Below, piece by piece: positions 1 to 9,675 of a stretch of DNA of 64,000 nucleotides. The stretch lies in IMG/VR virus record IMGVR_UViG_3300034117_001294, positions 62,001 to 126,000 of that record. One strand, 5' to 3'. Positions within the stretch are counted from its first letter, which is position 1. Each line of letters begins with the position of its first letter. The notes beneath the pieces are model-generated. The model had not been told where the DNA came from. It made no database searches and saw only the letters and a list, made by a program, of their open reading frames with translations. A program made the position numbers and the translations under genes.

Positions 1-2
1 TA

Positions 3-821
3 ATACAAGCAACTGCGGATTACATTAGCGGATTGATTGCTAGGATATACGAATGCAACGGTGGTTCAACTTCGATGCACTCTGCATGTTCAACTGGACT
101 AACTGGTATTGATTATGCTATTAAGCAACTAGAATTTAATGACGATCTCGATGCTGTCATTGTGGGAGGTGCCGACGTACCCATTGAAGGCTTCCAAGTA
201 TACTACTTTCAAAATCTCGGTGCATTAAGTTTACAACCAGCAGAAATTGCCAGTAGACCTTTTGACAAAGATAGATCAGGATTTGTAGCAGGAGAAGCTG
301 CTGGCACACTAATTATCGAACCGTTAGATAAAGCCAAAGCACGGGGTGCAAAGATTTACGGAATAATCAAGTCTGTGGGAATTGCCACAGCTGGTAATAA
401 TGATACTGCCCCAGATAAAAACGGTGACGCTGCAAAGTTAGCAGTAACCAGAGCAATAAAACAAGCAGGCATACAGTTAGCCGATGTCGGATATATTAAT
501 GCACACGCTACCGGAACTAAAGTCGGAGATGACATTGAATTTTATGCCATGCGTGAGTTGTTGCCAGGCACAACAATGACGGCAAATAAAGGACAAATTG
601 GACACACGTTGGCTGCAAGCGGAATTGTTGAAACTATCTACACTGTGTTAGCACTACGAGATCAAATATCACCCCCTACTGTAAATTTAACTAACCCAAT
701 TGATGTAGGAATCAATATTCCTACCAAGGCCACGGTGATTGCAACTAAGTATGCAATAAAGAACAATTTTGCATTCGGCGGCAGGGCTGCTTGTGCAGTA
801 TTAGAACGTTACGAGGATTAA
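3..821 (+). CDS. fabF: beta-ketoacyl-ACP synthase II-like (5' partial)
   Basis: SACSTG catalytic Cys, HATGT and GHTLAA His motifs, NNFAFGG; frame open from the window edge. Confidence 0.9.
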   Translation: MQATADYISGLIARIYECNGGSTSMHSACSTGLTGIDYAIKQLEFNDDLDAVIVGGADVPIEGFQVYYFQNLGALSLQPAEIASRPFDKDRSGFVAGEAAGTLIIEPLDKAKARGAKIYGIIKSVGIATAGNNDTAPDKNGDAAKLAVTRAIKQAGIQLADVGYINAHATGTKVGDDIEFYAMRELLPGTTMTANKGQIGHTLAASGIVETIYTVLALRDQISPPTVNLTNPIDVGINIPTKATVIATKYAIKNNFAFGGRAACAVLERYED

Positions 822-1373
822 ATGAGTCTTAAAGAATTAACAGCAGAAAATCACGATCGTGCAGAACACACACCTTTTATGAAGGCAGTGTTTGCAAAGA
901 CATTACCCAGAGAAATATGGACAGACTGGACTTTACAAAAGTCCTTATTTTACGGTGCAATCGAAGGTGCAGCCGGTGCTAACAGATTACTAGGCGACTT
1001 GCCCGATCTGCGTAGAGAATTTTATCTAAACATGGACTACAATGAGATGAACGGGCAAAATCCTCGTCACTCATATCGCCCATTGGTTATTGATTATTAC
1101 AACTATATATTAAGCATCAGTCAAGATCCTAATAAGGTTATGGCACATTTATATGTGTGGCATATGGGAGATATGTTCGGCGGACAAATGATTAAGAAGA
1201 TTGTTCCGGGTCCGCATCGCAATTTAGAATTTGAAGATGCTAACACATTAAAAACTAACATTCGTGCTAAGTTAGATGACAGCATGGGCGACGAAGCCAA
1301 TGTAGCTTTTGAATGGGCTATCAAAATTATGGAGTCATATAACAATGAGCTTGGTCTGGAACAGTCTAATTGA
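822..1373 (+). CDS. heme oxygenase
   Basis: N-terminal H (ENHDRAE), AHLYVWHMGDMFGGQMI motif, EANVAF. Confidence 0.9.
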   Translation: MSLKELTAENHDRAEHTPFMKAVFAKTLPREIWTDWTLQKSLFYGAIEGAAGANRLLGDLPDLRREFYLNMDYNEMNGQNPRHSYRPLVIDYYNYILSISQDPNKVMAHLYVWHMGDMFGGQMIKKIVPGPHRNLEFEDANTLKTNIRAKLDDSMGDEANVAFEWAIKIMESYNNELGLEQSN

Positions 1374-2025
1374 TATACAAACTGAGTTTGAAAGACAATT
1401 CAATCTCAGTGGTACAGAAGTACAAGAGCCGGGCTTAGAAAGATTCAGTTGGTACAACAAAGTCTGGACCAGTAGCTTATATCGCAGAGCACACATCGAT
1501 GTAGTAGATGCTAGAGAAACCAAGGGCCTATGGATGATGCATTGCTGTGTGTTTCCGCATACTCATAATCCTGCACCTATCTTTGGATTTGATGTAGTAG
1601 CTGGCAAAAACAAAGTAACAGGTGCGTTTCACGACTTTAGTCCTGCTGGTGATCCAGAGCATCCGATGCTAGATTATTTTGCAGACGAAGCACAAAAATT
1701 AGAGTGGAACAAAGTTAGACGTTTGCCCGACTGGGCAGAGCGTATCTTTACTCCTAGCATGATCAGTGCGGGAAACGTTAACGATCCAACTGAGCTTCAA
1801 CAACTGTATTTTACTGCTATTAATAACTTAAAGCATTTCATTAACACAGTAGGCGAGACAAACGGAACTGCATTAGACACTGGTCCTGCACAGGATTACT
1901 ATTGTGAAAATCAAAGACAGAATCCCCATACTCCTAAAGTAATGACTGCATTGGGTTTGAATCCAGAAGACGTTCGTGTGTTTATACAGGACTGCCTGTT
2001 TCCTAAGATAGGAACACATCAATGA
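1345..2025 (+). CDS. ferredoxin-dependent bilin reductase, PcyX/PcyA-like (paralog 1)
   Basis: RRAHID, MHCCVFP, PIFGFD, QDYYCENQRQNPHT; follows heme oxygenase; start placed at ATG 1345. Confidence 0.85.
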   Translation: MSLVWNSLIDIQTEFERQFNLSGTEVQEPGLERFSWYNKVWTSSLYRRAHIDVVDARETKGLWMMHCCVFPHTHNPAPIFGFDVVAGKNKVTGAFHDFSPAGDPEHPMLDYFADEAQKLEWNKVRRLPDWAERIFTPSMISAGNVNDPTELQQLYFTAINNLKHFINTVGETNGTALDTGPAQDYYCENQRQNPHTPKVMTALGLNPEDVRVFIQDCLFPKIGTHQ

Positions 2026-2690
2026 GCACAGTATGGACACAGATGCAGCAGTGTGCTGAAACTATGCAGGCCATGATGGAACATGCAGGGTACAGAGCAG
2101 AAGATCCTAGTTTAGATCAATACGACTGGGAAAATCATGTATACCATAGTAATCTGTTTCGTAGAGGACACGTGGAAGTAGTAGACAAGACTACAACACA
2201 CGGAATATACATCCTACATGCAACAGTATTCCCACACCCAGACGATCCTAGTCCTATCTGGGGTTTTGATGCTGTCTGCGGCAAGAACAAGATCACAGGT
2301 GCGTTTCATGATTTTAGTCTAGTAAGCAAAAGCCATTGGTTGCACGACTGGTTTGCAGATACTGTAAAAGACGTAACTTGGAACAAGAAACGAGAATTAC
2401 CCGGGTGGGCTCGTAATATTTTTAGCCCTGCTATGGTAGCAGCGGGTAATATTAGCGAGCAGCACGAGTTAGATAATATTATAGATCTAGGAATTAAAAC
2501 CCTAGATTACTATCTACACAATGTAGGAGATCGCATTAACGGGGTCGATGTTACTGACCAACAAAATTACTACTGTCAAAATCAGAAACAAAATCCCCAT
2601 GTGTATCGCAGCATGATTGCTATGGGAGTGCCGGAAGCAACTATCCGACAGTTTGTTGAGCAAGTGCTGTTCCCTGAAATTGGTAAATAA
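2022..2690 (+). CDS. ferredoxin-dependent bilin reductase, PcyA-like (paralog 2)
   Basis: RRGHVE, ILHATVFP, PIWGFD, YYCQNQKQNPH; clear paralog of the upstream gene. Confidence 0.85.
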   Translation: MSTVWTQMQQCAETMQAMMEHAGYRAEDPSLDQYDWENHVYHSNLFRRGHVEVVDKTTTHGIYILHATVFPHPDDPSPIWGFDAVCGKNKITGAFHDFSLVSKSHWLHDWFADTVKDVTWNKKRELPGWARNIFSPAMVAAGNISEQHELDNIIDLGIKTLDYYLHNVGDRINGVDVTDQQNYYCQNQKQNPHVYRSMIAMGVPEATIRQFVEQVLFPEIGK

Positions 2691-2696
2691 CTTATT

Positions 2697-4385
2697 ATGC
2701 GAGCACGTGAATTTTTAAAAGAATCTTTTCTAGTTGAAAAACTAATGAGCCAGGGCGGGTCAGATAATGACTGGCTAAAAGACAAATACTATATTCTATT
2801 TTTTGAAGGTATTTTAAACAATCAAGTTTATTCTTTCGGAGTAGGTGGTAGTACTAGTAAAAAGAATCCTAGTAGTCCAACAAACTTCATGGGTATAGTA
2901 CAAAATCCGCAAGATGTGGTTGCACAGATGAAACGTGCAATTAAGAATAAAGATTTTAGTGATGTGTATTTCGATGTAGAGGAAGTCGACGACGAAACTT
3001 TGGAACCTAATGGCGAGATTTGGGAAAATGTTAGGCCGGGTAATATTTTCAAAGATGAAAAGGTCACCGGGGTATTAAAACCTAACATGGGTAATGTTTC
3101 CGAAGCAATTCTAGGATGTGCCGTTGCTGCTAAATTTAGCAATCAAGGCGGCATGATAACCGAAGCTCAGGTTGTTAATTTAGCAAAACAGTTAGCAAAA
3201 AATAGAGGGCAACTAAATTTACAAGCAGGCAAAGATGTTTTAGAATTTAAAGTTACTATTCCTTTTATGGACAAAAAGGCGTTTTACGCCTGGCTCAACG
3301 AGGATAGCAGAGGCAAAACTCTCAAAGACTATAAAGTTCCCGATGATAGTATAAAAATGTTCGATCAAAGACTTAAGAGTGCAATAGAGTACGCCAACAA
3401 ATCAAAAAAAATATTAAGTGCAGTTAGTGAAGCAGTAGATGATCCGGGTAAAAATAAGATCGACGTTATCAGTGACGGTGCTGAAAAAGAAAATCAAAAT
3501 ACAACCAAAGTTGACTTAAAAATCTTAATAGATGGTAAAGAAACTGCTAAACGATTATTAAGTGTAAAGGCCGGAAACGTTGAACAGTTTGGTCAGGCCG
3601 GTGGACATAATTTTAACAACTTAAATGAGTTTTTTACTTCAATTGTAGGATTAGGTTTACCAGAAACTTTTAGAAAGAAATTTCATGAAATTCCTAAACA
3701 AGCACCTGCAGAATGGAATGTTAAGAAAAAAGAAAACTTTGAAAATAGTTTTGCAGTATCATACGAATTTATAGCTAAACAGTTATCTATACAGGCAAAA
3801 AGAGATCCCGACGGATTTGTTGAAAATGTTTATAGAGGGCTACTTAATCATTTAACTAGAAACGAAGCAGGAGTCGAAATGGTTATTTTAGATCCTGATA
3901 GTAAAAAAGCATTCTCTGAATTAGAATTTGGTAAAGATTTTGAAGATGCATTACGTCAGCTTCAATTAGTAGTGGATTTTAGACAGGCAACAGGATATGC
4001 TCTTTCTGTTTACGGATTACCAAAAACTCAATTGGCTAGTAAATTTATTCCTAAAAAACAAGGTGAGCCCACAAGATTAATTGATCTAAGATCTCAATAT
4101 GATAGCAGAACTAATGCAATTAGAAATAGAATCAATATGGGTCCTTTGTTAAAGAAAATAGCAGATATCGAAAATTATCTCGAAAAGAATCCAGAAGATA
4201 CTATGCAGCAGCCTGCACCTGTTTCAATGCCTGTTGCAAAAGCCCCAGTTGCAAAACCGCCAGTAGCTACGCCAAAACAGCCTGCACTAGCGGTAAGCAA
4301 GCCCAAAATAGGAGCACCGGTACAGCCCAAAGGCACACTGGGCTCAACTCCTGCACCCCAAACTGGTATCAAACCAGGAATTTAA
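2697..4385 (+). CDS. hypothetical phage protein, possible PD-(D/E)xK-like core, Pro-rich tail
   Basis: 562-aa ORF; MRAREFLKE N-terminus; E...KVD...SVK spacing; TAAATA upstream. Confidence 0.5.
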   Translation: MRAREFLKESFLVEKLMSQGGSDNDWLKDKYYILFFEGILNNQVYSFGVGGSTSKKNPSSPTNFMGIVQNPQDVVAQMKRAIKNKDFSDVYFDVEEVDDETLEPNGEIWENVRPGNIFKDEKVTGVLKPNMGNVSEAILGCAVAAKFSNQGGMITEAQVVNLAKQLAKNRGQLNLQAGKDVLEFKVTIPFMDKKAFYAWLNEDSRGKTLKDYKVPDDSIKMFDQRLKSAIEYANKSKKILSAVSEAVDDPGKNKIDVISDGAEKENQNTTKVDLKILIDGKETAKRLLSVKAGNVEQFGQAGGHNFNNLNEFFTSIVGLGLPETFRKKFHEIPKQAPAEWNVKKKENFENSFAVSYEFIAKQLSIQAKRDPDGFVENVYRGLLNHLTRNEAGVEMVILDPDSKKAFSELEFGKDFEDALRQLQLVVDFRQATGYALSVYGLPKTQLASKFIPKKQGEPTRLIDLRSQYDSRTNAIRNRINMGPLLKKIADIENYLEKNPEDTMQQPAPVSMPVAKAPVAKPPVATPKQPALAVSKPKIGAPVQPKGTLGSTPAPQTGIKPGI

Positions 4386-4461
4386 TCTAGATTAATAAAC
4401 TGCTATGTAAATATCGCATTCTGACCCTGTAAATACTAATACACTATACTGGGGACTTAGG

Positions 4462-4944
4462 ATGCGATTTTTAATTCTCGGCCTGGCCTTGTCTGCAATG
4501 ACGGTACAGGCTGCACCAATAAATGACTTTACTTTTAAAAGTCCGGCCTTCAACGGAGCAGGTTACAGTAGTCACGTCTTAACTATCGAAAATCAAGAAG
4601 CGACTCGTAGAAAAGCTCTACAAGATAGACTTCAAGCAGCATTAGACAAAGAGGCTGCTGACAAAAAGAACACTAACTTGGCTAAGTTTTTAAACAACTT
4701 AGAGTCTAGAATCTATGCACAAGTTAGCCAAAACGTAGCAACTGCTATGTTTTCTAATAGCGGATGCACCAGTACTACTCCTACAGCAGATTGTAAAGGT
4801 GAGGTTGATTTCCAAGGCAGCAAAATCAGCTGGCAAAAAGTTATATTAGTAGACGGCAACTTTATTCGTCTAACTGTAGTAGGTCCAGATATCAATACCA
4901 CTATTGATATTCCGTTAAGTCAATTTGTAGTTCCGGGGATATAA
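4462..4944 (+). CDS. csgF: CsgF-like curli assembly protein
   Basis: signal peptide, FTFKSPAFNG motif, LESRIYAQ; next to CsgG. Confidence 0.75.
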   Translation: MRFLILGLALSAMTVQAAPINDFTFKSPAFNGAGYSSHVLTIENQEATRRKALQDRLQAALDKEAADKKNTNLAKFLNNLESRIYAQVSQNVATAMFSNSGCTSTTPTADCKGEVDFQGSKISWQKVILVDGNFIRLTVVGPDINTTIDIPLSQFVVPGI

Positions 4945-4945
4945 T

Positions 4946-5860
4946 ATGAAAAAAATATTATTAGTACTAGTCTTTACAAGTTTTCTAACAGGGTGTGCAA
5001 TACATCAAAATAATCCTTTAGTAGAGGCGGACAAGCCCGAAGTTACCGCAGTGATGATGCAGAAAGAATTTGATACTATACAGGAGCCTGCACACGGAAA
5101 ACCTGTTAGTGTTGCGGTGTATAGTTTTAAAGATATGACTGGTCAGAGAAAGCCGCAGGCCAATATTGCCAGTTTAAGTTCCGCAGTTACACAAGGTGCA
5201 GAAAGCTTCTTGATCAAAGCACTGCAAGATGTAGGTCGAGGACAATGGTTTGATGTTGTTGAGCGGGTAGGTATCGATAACTTGACCAAAGAAAGATTAA
5301 TTATTCGTCAGATGCGTGAAGCATATGAAGGAGCGGCTGCAAAGCCATTAATGCCAATGCAGTTTGCTGGCATGATTATTGAAGGTGGTATAGTAGGTTA
5401 TGACAGTTCAACAAAGAGTGGCGGCATTGGTGCAAGAGTCTTTGGTATTGGAAAACAGACTCAGTGGAGTCAGGATATTGTAACCATAAGCCTAAGAGCA
5501 GTGAGTGTTAATACTGGAAAAGTATTAGCATCTGTAACTGTGCAAAAAACAATTCTTAGTTCGGCTGATGCAATAACTGCTCTTAAATTCTTTGACCTAG
5601 GCACTAGGGCATTTGAAGGCGAAGCAGGATTAACAATAAACGAGCCAGGAACATATGCTGTAAAATCAGCAATCGAAGCCGGAGTGGTTGAACTTATCAA
5701 AGAAGGAGCTCGTAAGGGGCTTTGGAATTATAAGGGAGCAAAAAATGAGTTGGTTCAAAAGAACACCGAAAGCGAAAGAGCCCCAGAAGGCCCTTCCGCA
5801 ACGCCGCAGTCCAGTGTCAGAAAAGATGCTGAAGGAAGCAAAGAAGTCAGGGCCAAGTAA
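4946..5860 (+). CDS. csgG: CsgG-like curli secretion lipoprotein
   Basis: lipobox LTGC, AVYSFKDMTGQRK, WFDVVER, EGGIVGYD. Confidence 0.9.
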   Translation: MKKILLVLVFTSFLTGCAIHQNNPLVEADKPEVTAVMMQKEFDTIQEPAHGKPVSVAVYSFKDMTGQRKPQANIASLSSAVTQGAESFLIKALQDVGRGQWFDVVERVGIDNLTKERLIIRQMREAYEGAAAKPLMPMQFAGMIIEGGIVGYDSSTKSGGIGARVFGIGKQTQWSQDIVTISLRAVSVNTGKVLASVTVQKTILSSADAITALKFFDLGTRAFEGEAGLTINEPGTYAVKSAIEAGVVELIKEGARKGLWNYKGAKNELVQKNTESERAPEGPSATPQSSVRKDAEGSKEVRAK

Positions 5861-5879
5861 GTCGGGGAGCAATACATAA
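5745..5879 (+). CDS. small basic ORF overlapping the csgG 3' end (MSWFKRTPK...)
   Basis: GGAG SD before ATG 5745; 44 aa in a different frame. Confidence 0.35.
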   Translation: MSWFKRTPKAKEPQKALPQRRSPVSEKMLKEAKKSGPSKSGSNT

Positions 5880-5916
5880 CACCCCAAGGAGCAGTTTCAA
5901 AAGAACTGATAAAAAC

Positions 5917-6696
5917 ATGAAGAAGCTAAATCAAGTAATGACAGCGATTGTGATGTTAGTCGCTTTACAAGTTTTCGCAGCAGACAATAGTATCTATATT
6001 GATCAAACAGGTGACAACTCTGTTATCACTATGCTACAAGATGGTGCAACCAACCGCGTCCGCGGCATACAAGGCACGGGCACAGGCAACACTACTCCGT
6101 CAAAAATCAAAGGTGATAATTTAACTTTGATTGTTGAACAAATTGGTAGTGCTAACATTTTAAACTTGGGTGTTGTAACTGCCACAGCTAGTGGCGGCGT
6201 TGATACTAGTGTTATATATCGAGTAACAGGTAATAGCGGTATCGGTACTATCAATATGAACAATAGCGAGCAGGGTACTGCAAATAGTAATACTGTTTCT
6301 ATTGATCAAACAGGCGATTATACTATTGCTAACCTTAATTTACTAGGATCTAATAACATATTCAATGCTGTTACAGACGGTAACTTGAATCAAATTGTTG
6401 CTACAATTGATGCGGATCAAGTTACTGTAAACATCAATAAGAGTAGCGGAACTGCAAATAACACTACACTAAATTTAACTGGTGCAAAAGGCACAGTAGA
6501 TTTAACCATATTAGGTGCTAGTAACGCAACGAATATTACTCAAAGTGGTGGTGGTGCCGACGGACACATTGCAACATTGAATATCAATGGATCTAATAAC
6601 AATACCACAGTTGTACAAAGTGGTACTATCAATACCAATGTTAATCTTGCTGTGGCAGGAAGCGGAAACACAGTCAGCATTACTACTGGTAATTAA
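5917..6696 (+). CDS. curlin-repeat (CsgA/CsgB-like) secreted protein
   Basis: signal peptide; repeated N-x-I-x-Q-x-G-x-x-N units; G/N/T rich. Confidence 0.75.
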   Translation: MKKLNQVMTAIVMLVALQVFAADNSIYIDQTGDNSVITMLQDGATNRVRGIQGTGTGNTTPSKIKGDNLTLIVEQIGSANILNLGVVTATASGGVDTSVIYRVTGNSGIGTINMNNSEQGTANSNTVSIDQTGDYTIANLNLLGSNNIFNAVTDGNLNQIVATIDADQVTVNINKSSGTANNTTLNLTGAKGTVDLTILGASNATNITQSGGGADGHIATLNINGSNNNTTVVQSGTINTNVNLAVAGSGNTVSITTGN

Positions 6697-6704
6697 GGTG
6701 TGAG

Positions 6705-7820
6705 ATGTCTGTATGTCGCTTAATCTTATTAGGCTTATTGATCAGTACCTCGCTGAACAGTCAAGCCAGCATCGGAACAGTGACGGAGTTGCTGAACGCA
6801 CCTCCCAGCATACAGAGAAAGAATTCAACTCTAACAGGCAACAAGGGCACGGGAGTAGAAATGAACGACTCTGTGAAAACAGCAGCGGGCAAAGTGGGCA
6901 TAACGTTCGAGGATCAGACTCGAGTACAGGTTAATGAAAACTCTAGATTGGTCATTGACGACTTTGTATACGATTCAAAATCAAAATCCGGTAAGCTGGG
7001 TGTTAAAGTTGCATTGGGCACTGTTAGATACGCCAGTGGACAAATTGCCAAGAACTCACCGCAGAACGTTGCAGTTAACACACCCACTGCTACTATCTCA
7101 GTTCGTGGAACTGATTTTACCGCCACCGTAGATGAAATGGGTGGCAGTACTGTAATTTTGTTACCAAGTTGCCCAAATGATCGTCCTACTCGTACAAATA
7201 GAGATATTGAAGCCAATTGTGTTGTAGGGACTATCATAGTTGAAACAGATGTTGGTCAGGTTATTCTTAATCAAGCATTCCAAGCAACCAAAGTAGCTAG
7301 CAGGGCTGCACTGCCTACTAAACCTGTTATCCTTACTCTCAGTGAAGATGCTATTAGTAATTTGTTAATCATAAGTCCTCCACAAGAACTAAAGCAGGGC
7401 GGTAAAAGAGAAACAAGTCTAAATCATAATGCATTAGATGCTGACTTCTTGAGAGAGCAAGGACTTGAAAACAAATTAGATCAACAAAATGCACAATTTT
7501 TTGAAGATAGACTTACTCGTAACTTTTTAGATAATAATTTTTTAGCTAACATATTTGATGTAATAGGTAGCGGCTTAGATGAAGATTATCTAAAAGACGA
7601 AACGGACAGCATATTGCCAGACTGGAAAAGAGCAAGCGGTATTATTGTGACTAAGGACGAGGGTCAAATTGGGTTATGTAGAGATAACGGTAGCGATATA
7701 CAATGCGTAACAACACCGTTGACACAGAACAGTTTGATAACGCAGATACAAGGTAGTATTGAATTTAGTAACAGAGTAAATTCGGGCGGTAATACTATTA
7801 TTACCATAGTACAAAGATGA
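6705..7820 (+). CDS. FecR-domain protein
   Basis: ITFEDQTRVQVNENSRL, TPTATISVRGTDF. Confidence 0.85.
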   Translation: MSVCRLILLGLLISTSLNSQASIGTVTELLNAPPSIQRKNSTLTGNKGTGVEMNDSVKTAAGKVGITFEDQTRVQVNENSRLVIDDFVYDSKSKSGKLGVKVALGTVRYASGQIAKNSPQNVAVNTPTATISVRGTDFTATVDEMGGSTVILLPSCPNDRPTRTNRDIEANCVVGTIIVETDVGQVILNQAFQATKVASRAALPTKPVILTLSEDAISNLLIISPPQELKQGGKRETSLNHNALDADFLREQGLENKLDQQNAQFFEDRLTRNFLDNNFLANIFDVIGSGLDEDYLKDETDSILPDWKRASGIIVTKDEGQIGLCRDNGSDIQCVTTPLTQNSLITQIQGSIEFSNRVNSGGNTIITIVQR

Positions 7821-9562
7821 AGAAAATATTATTAGCATTAATGTTATTATGTTCAAATGCCTTTGGTGCTATCACTGACGGTAAGTTTGGTATCAATCAA
7901 ATATTCGATGTTCAATATTACTGGAGTGGTAACACACTAAACGCCAGCAACTTTATTGCACCTTATAATAAAAACTTTCAAACAGTAACCGTAACCTCAG
8001 GACAGTACTTCCAATTCTTTGACAGCACAACCAATCCAGGTAAGCACGGATTGAAGTTAATGAACAGCAATGGAACACAACACAGCATTGTTCACGACCA
8101 CGGTGACATTACAGCACTAGGCAATGGTGCCATTTTTTATATCGGTTCGGGATTCTTTGGCAATGTTATTACTACTGCTCAGGGTTATAACTACGGTGCT
8201 AGTGCCAGTTTCACTAACATGGATACTAGTGTTACTAGCACAGACTTAAACAATTATACCTATGCGAGTTCAACTCCGTTATCAGCAGGACAAACAGCAG
8301 CCCCTCCTCCGCCTACAACTGATTGGAAAACAATCAAGACTAACAGCACGCCTGTTGTGATTAGTAACATTTACCCAACTAGTAATAACAGTCCAGCAGG
8401 CGAAGGTGCAGGCAATGCGTTCGACGGTAATACTGGTACAAAATACTTAAATTTTGATAAAAAGAATGCAGGAGTTACAGTTAAATTAAGTCAAGGTCGT
8501 GTAGTACAAAAATTTACCTTAACTACTGCTAACGACTTTGAAGGACGCGATCCTACTAGTTACAAACTCTACGGAAGCAATGACGGCGTAAATTGGGTAT
8601 TAATTAAACAGGATACCGTGTCTTTAAGCGATCAAAGATTTTGGACCAGTCCGGAGATACAAACAGGCAACACTACTGCCTATGTCTATTACTTTATTTT
8701 ATTCCCTACTACTAAATCAGGAGACGGATGCGGCCTTAACTGCGACAGTATGCAGATCGCTGAAATCACTTTTTACTACGACTTAAATGACGGAGTCACT
8801 AGCACTGCAACAGGTTCGGGCAGTACTCCAAACAATCCGGGTACTGCTGGCAGCGTCTGTGCTGACTGCGGTCCAACTGTAGTAGGCGGAACAATCACAC
8901 AGACAAATGCACCATCAAATCAAACTATACAAAGTGGCGGTACTTATGTTAATAATTCTAGTAGAGCTGCACAACAGACTAGAATCAATACTTGGGTTAA
9001 CAGTACTTCACCTTATAGTAATTCGGTGCATGTTGATCAGATAGGTGGGGACAACAATAACATAACTATCAACGTAACAGGAACAAAGAACCGAGTTGAG
9101 TTGACTTTAGACGGAGCTGGAACTAATACTATCGGCATCACACAAGTTGGTTCAAACTACGTAACAGCAGATGTTAATGGTTATCAAAATAACTTGACAT
9201 CCAGCCAGACAAATACCATTGGTACTAATTATACTGAAACTGTGATAAACGGCAATAACAACACTGCAAATCACACACAGGGCAACAGTCAGTTGTTATT
9301 CAGCACAGTTAGCGGTAATAACAATACGCTAGTCACTAGCCAAACAGGCACGGGACAACATTATCTCGATGTTAAGATGACGGGCAACGGGCACAATGTA
9401 AATGTTAATCAATTTGGTTCCATGGCTAATAATGCAAGAATTGATGTGACCAATGCCGGCGGGGCCGCAACTGTAGATCTAGAACAAAGCGGCGGCAAGA
9501 GTTTTACTCTAATACAGAGTTGTGCAATTTTATCAGGATGTAACACCACAGTTAGACAGTAA
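7817..9562 (+). CDS. secreted protein with F5/8 type C (discoidin/CBM32-like) domain and C-terminal curlin repeats
   Basis: NAFDGNTGTKYL, RDPTSYKLYGSNDG.NW, MQIAEI; Q-x-G-x-x-N repeats. Confidence 0.7.
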   Translation: MKKILLALMLLCSNAFGAITDGKFGINQIFDVQYYWSGNTLNASNFIAPYNKNFQTVTVTSGQYFQFFDSTTNPGKHGLKLMNSNGTQHSIVHDHGDITALGNGAIFYIGSGFFGNVITTAQGYNYGASASFTNMDTSVTSTDLNNYTYASSTPLSAGQTAAPPPPTTDWKTIKTNSTPVVISNIYPTSNNSPAGEGAGNAFDGNTGTKYLNFDKKNAGVTVKLSQGRVVQKFTLTTANDFEGRDPTSYKLYGSNDGVNWVLIKQDTVSLSDQRFWTSPEIQTGNTTAYVYYFILFPTTKSGDGCGLNCDSMQIAEITFYYDLNDGVTSTATGSGSTPNNPGTAGSVCADCGPTVVGGTITQTNAPSNQTIQSGGTYVNNSSRAAQQTRINTWVNSTSPYSNSVHVDQIGGDNNNITINVTGTKNRVELTLDGAGTNTIGITQVGSNYVTADVNGYQNNLTSSQTNTIGTNYTETVINGNNNTANHTQGNSQLLFSTVSGNNNTLVTSQTGTGQHYLDVKMTGNGHNVNVNQFGSMANNARIDVTNAGGAATVDLEQSGGKSFTLIQSCAILSGCNTTVRQ

Positions 9563-9573
9563 TAAATAGAGAT

Positions 9574-9675
9574 ATGAACTTTATCATATCTCTATTCCGT
9601 GAGTTCCAAGAGCGTAGACGCATACGTAAAAAATTAAAAGAGTTTCGTAAAAGAGACCCTTTCATTTACAAATGA
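9574..9675 (+). CDS. small basic protein (33 aa, ...KRDPFIYK)
   Basis: ORF coupled (ATGA) to the carbamoyltransferase; TAAATA upstream. Confidence 0.55.
   Translation: MNFIISLFREFQERRRIRKKLKEFRKRDPFIYK

Noticed and set aside
4200-4385. Pro/Ala/Lys-rich quasi-repeats (PVAK)
   Set aside because: Low-complexity protein tail, not a DNA repeat element
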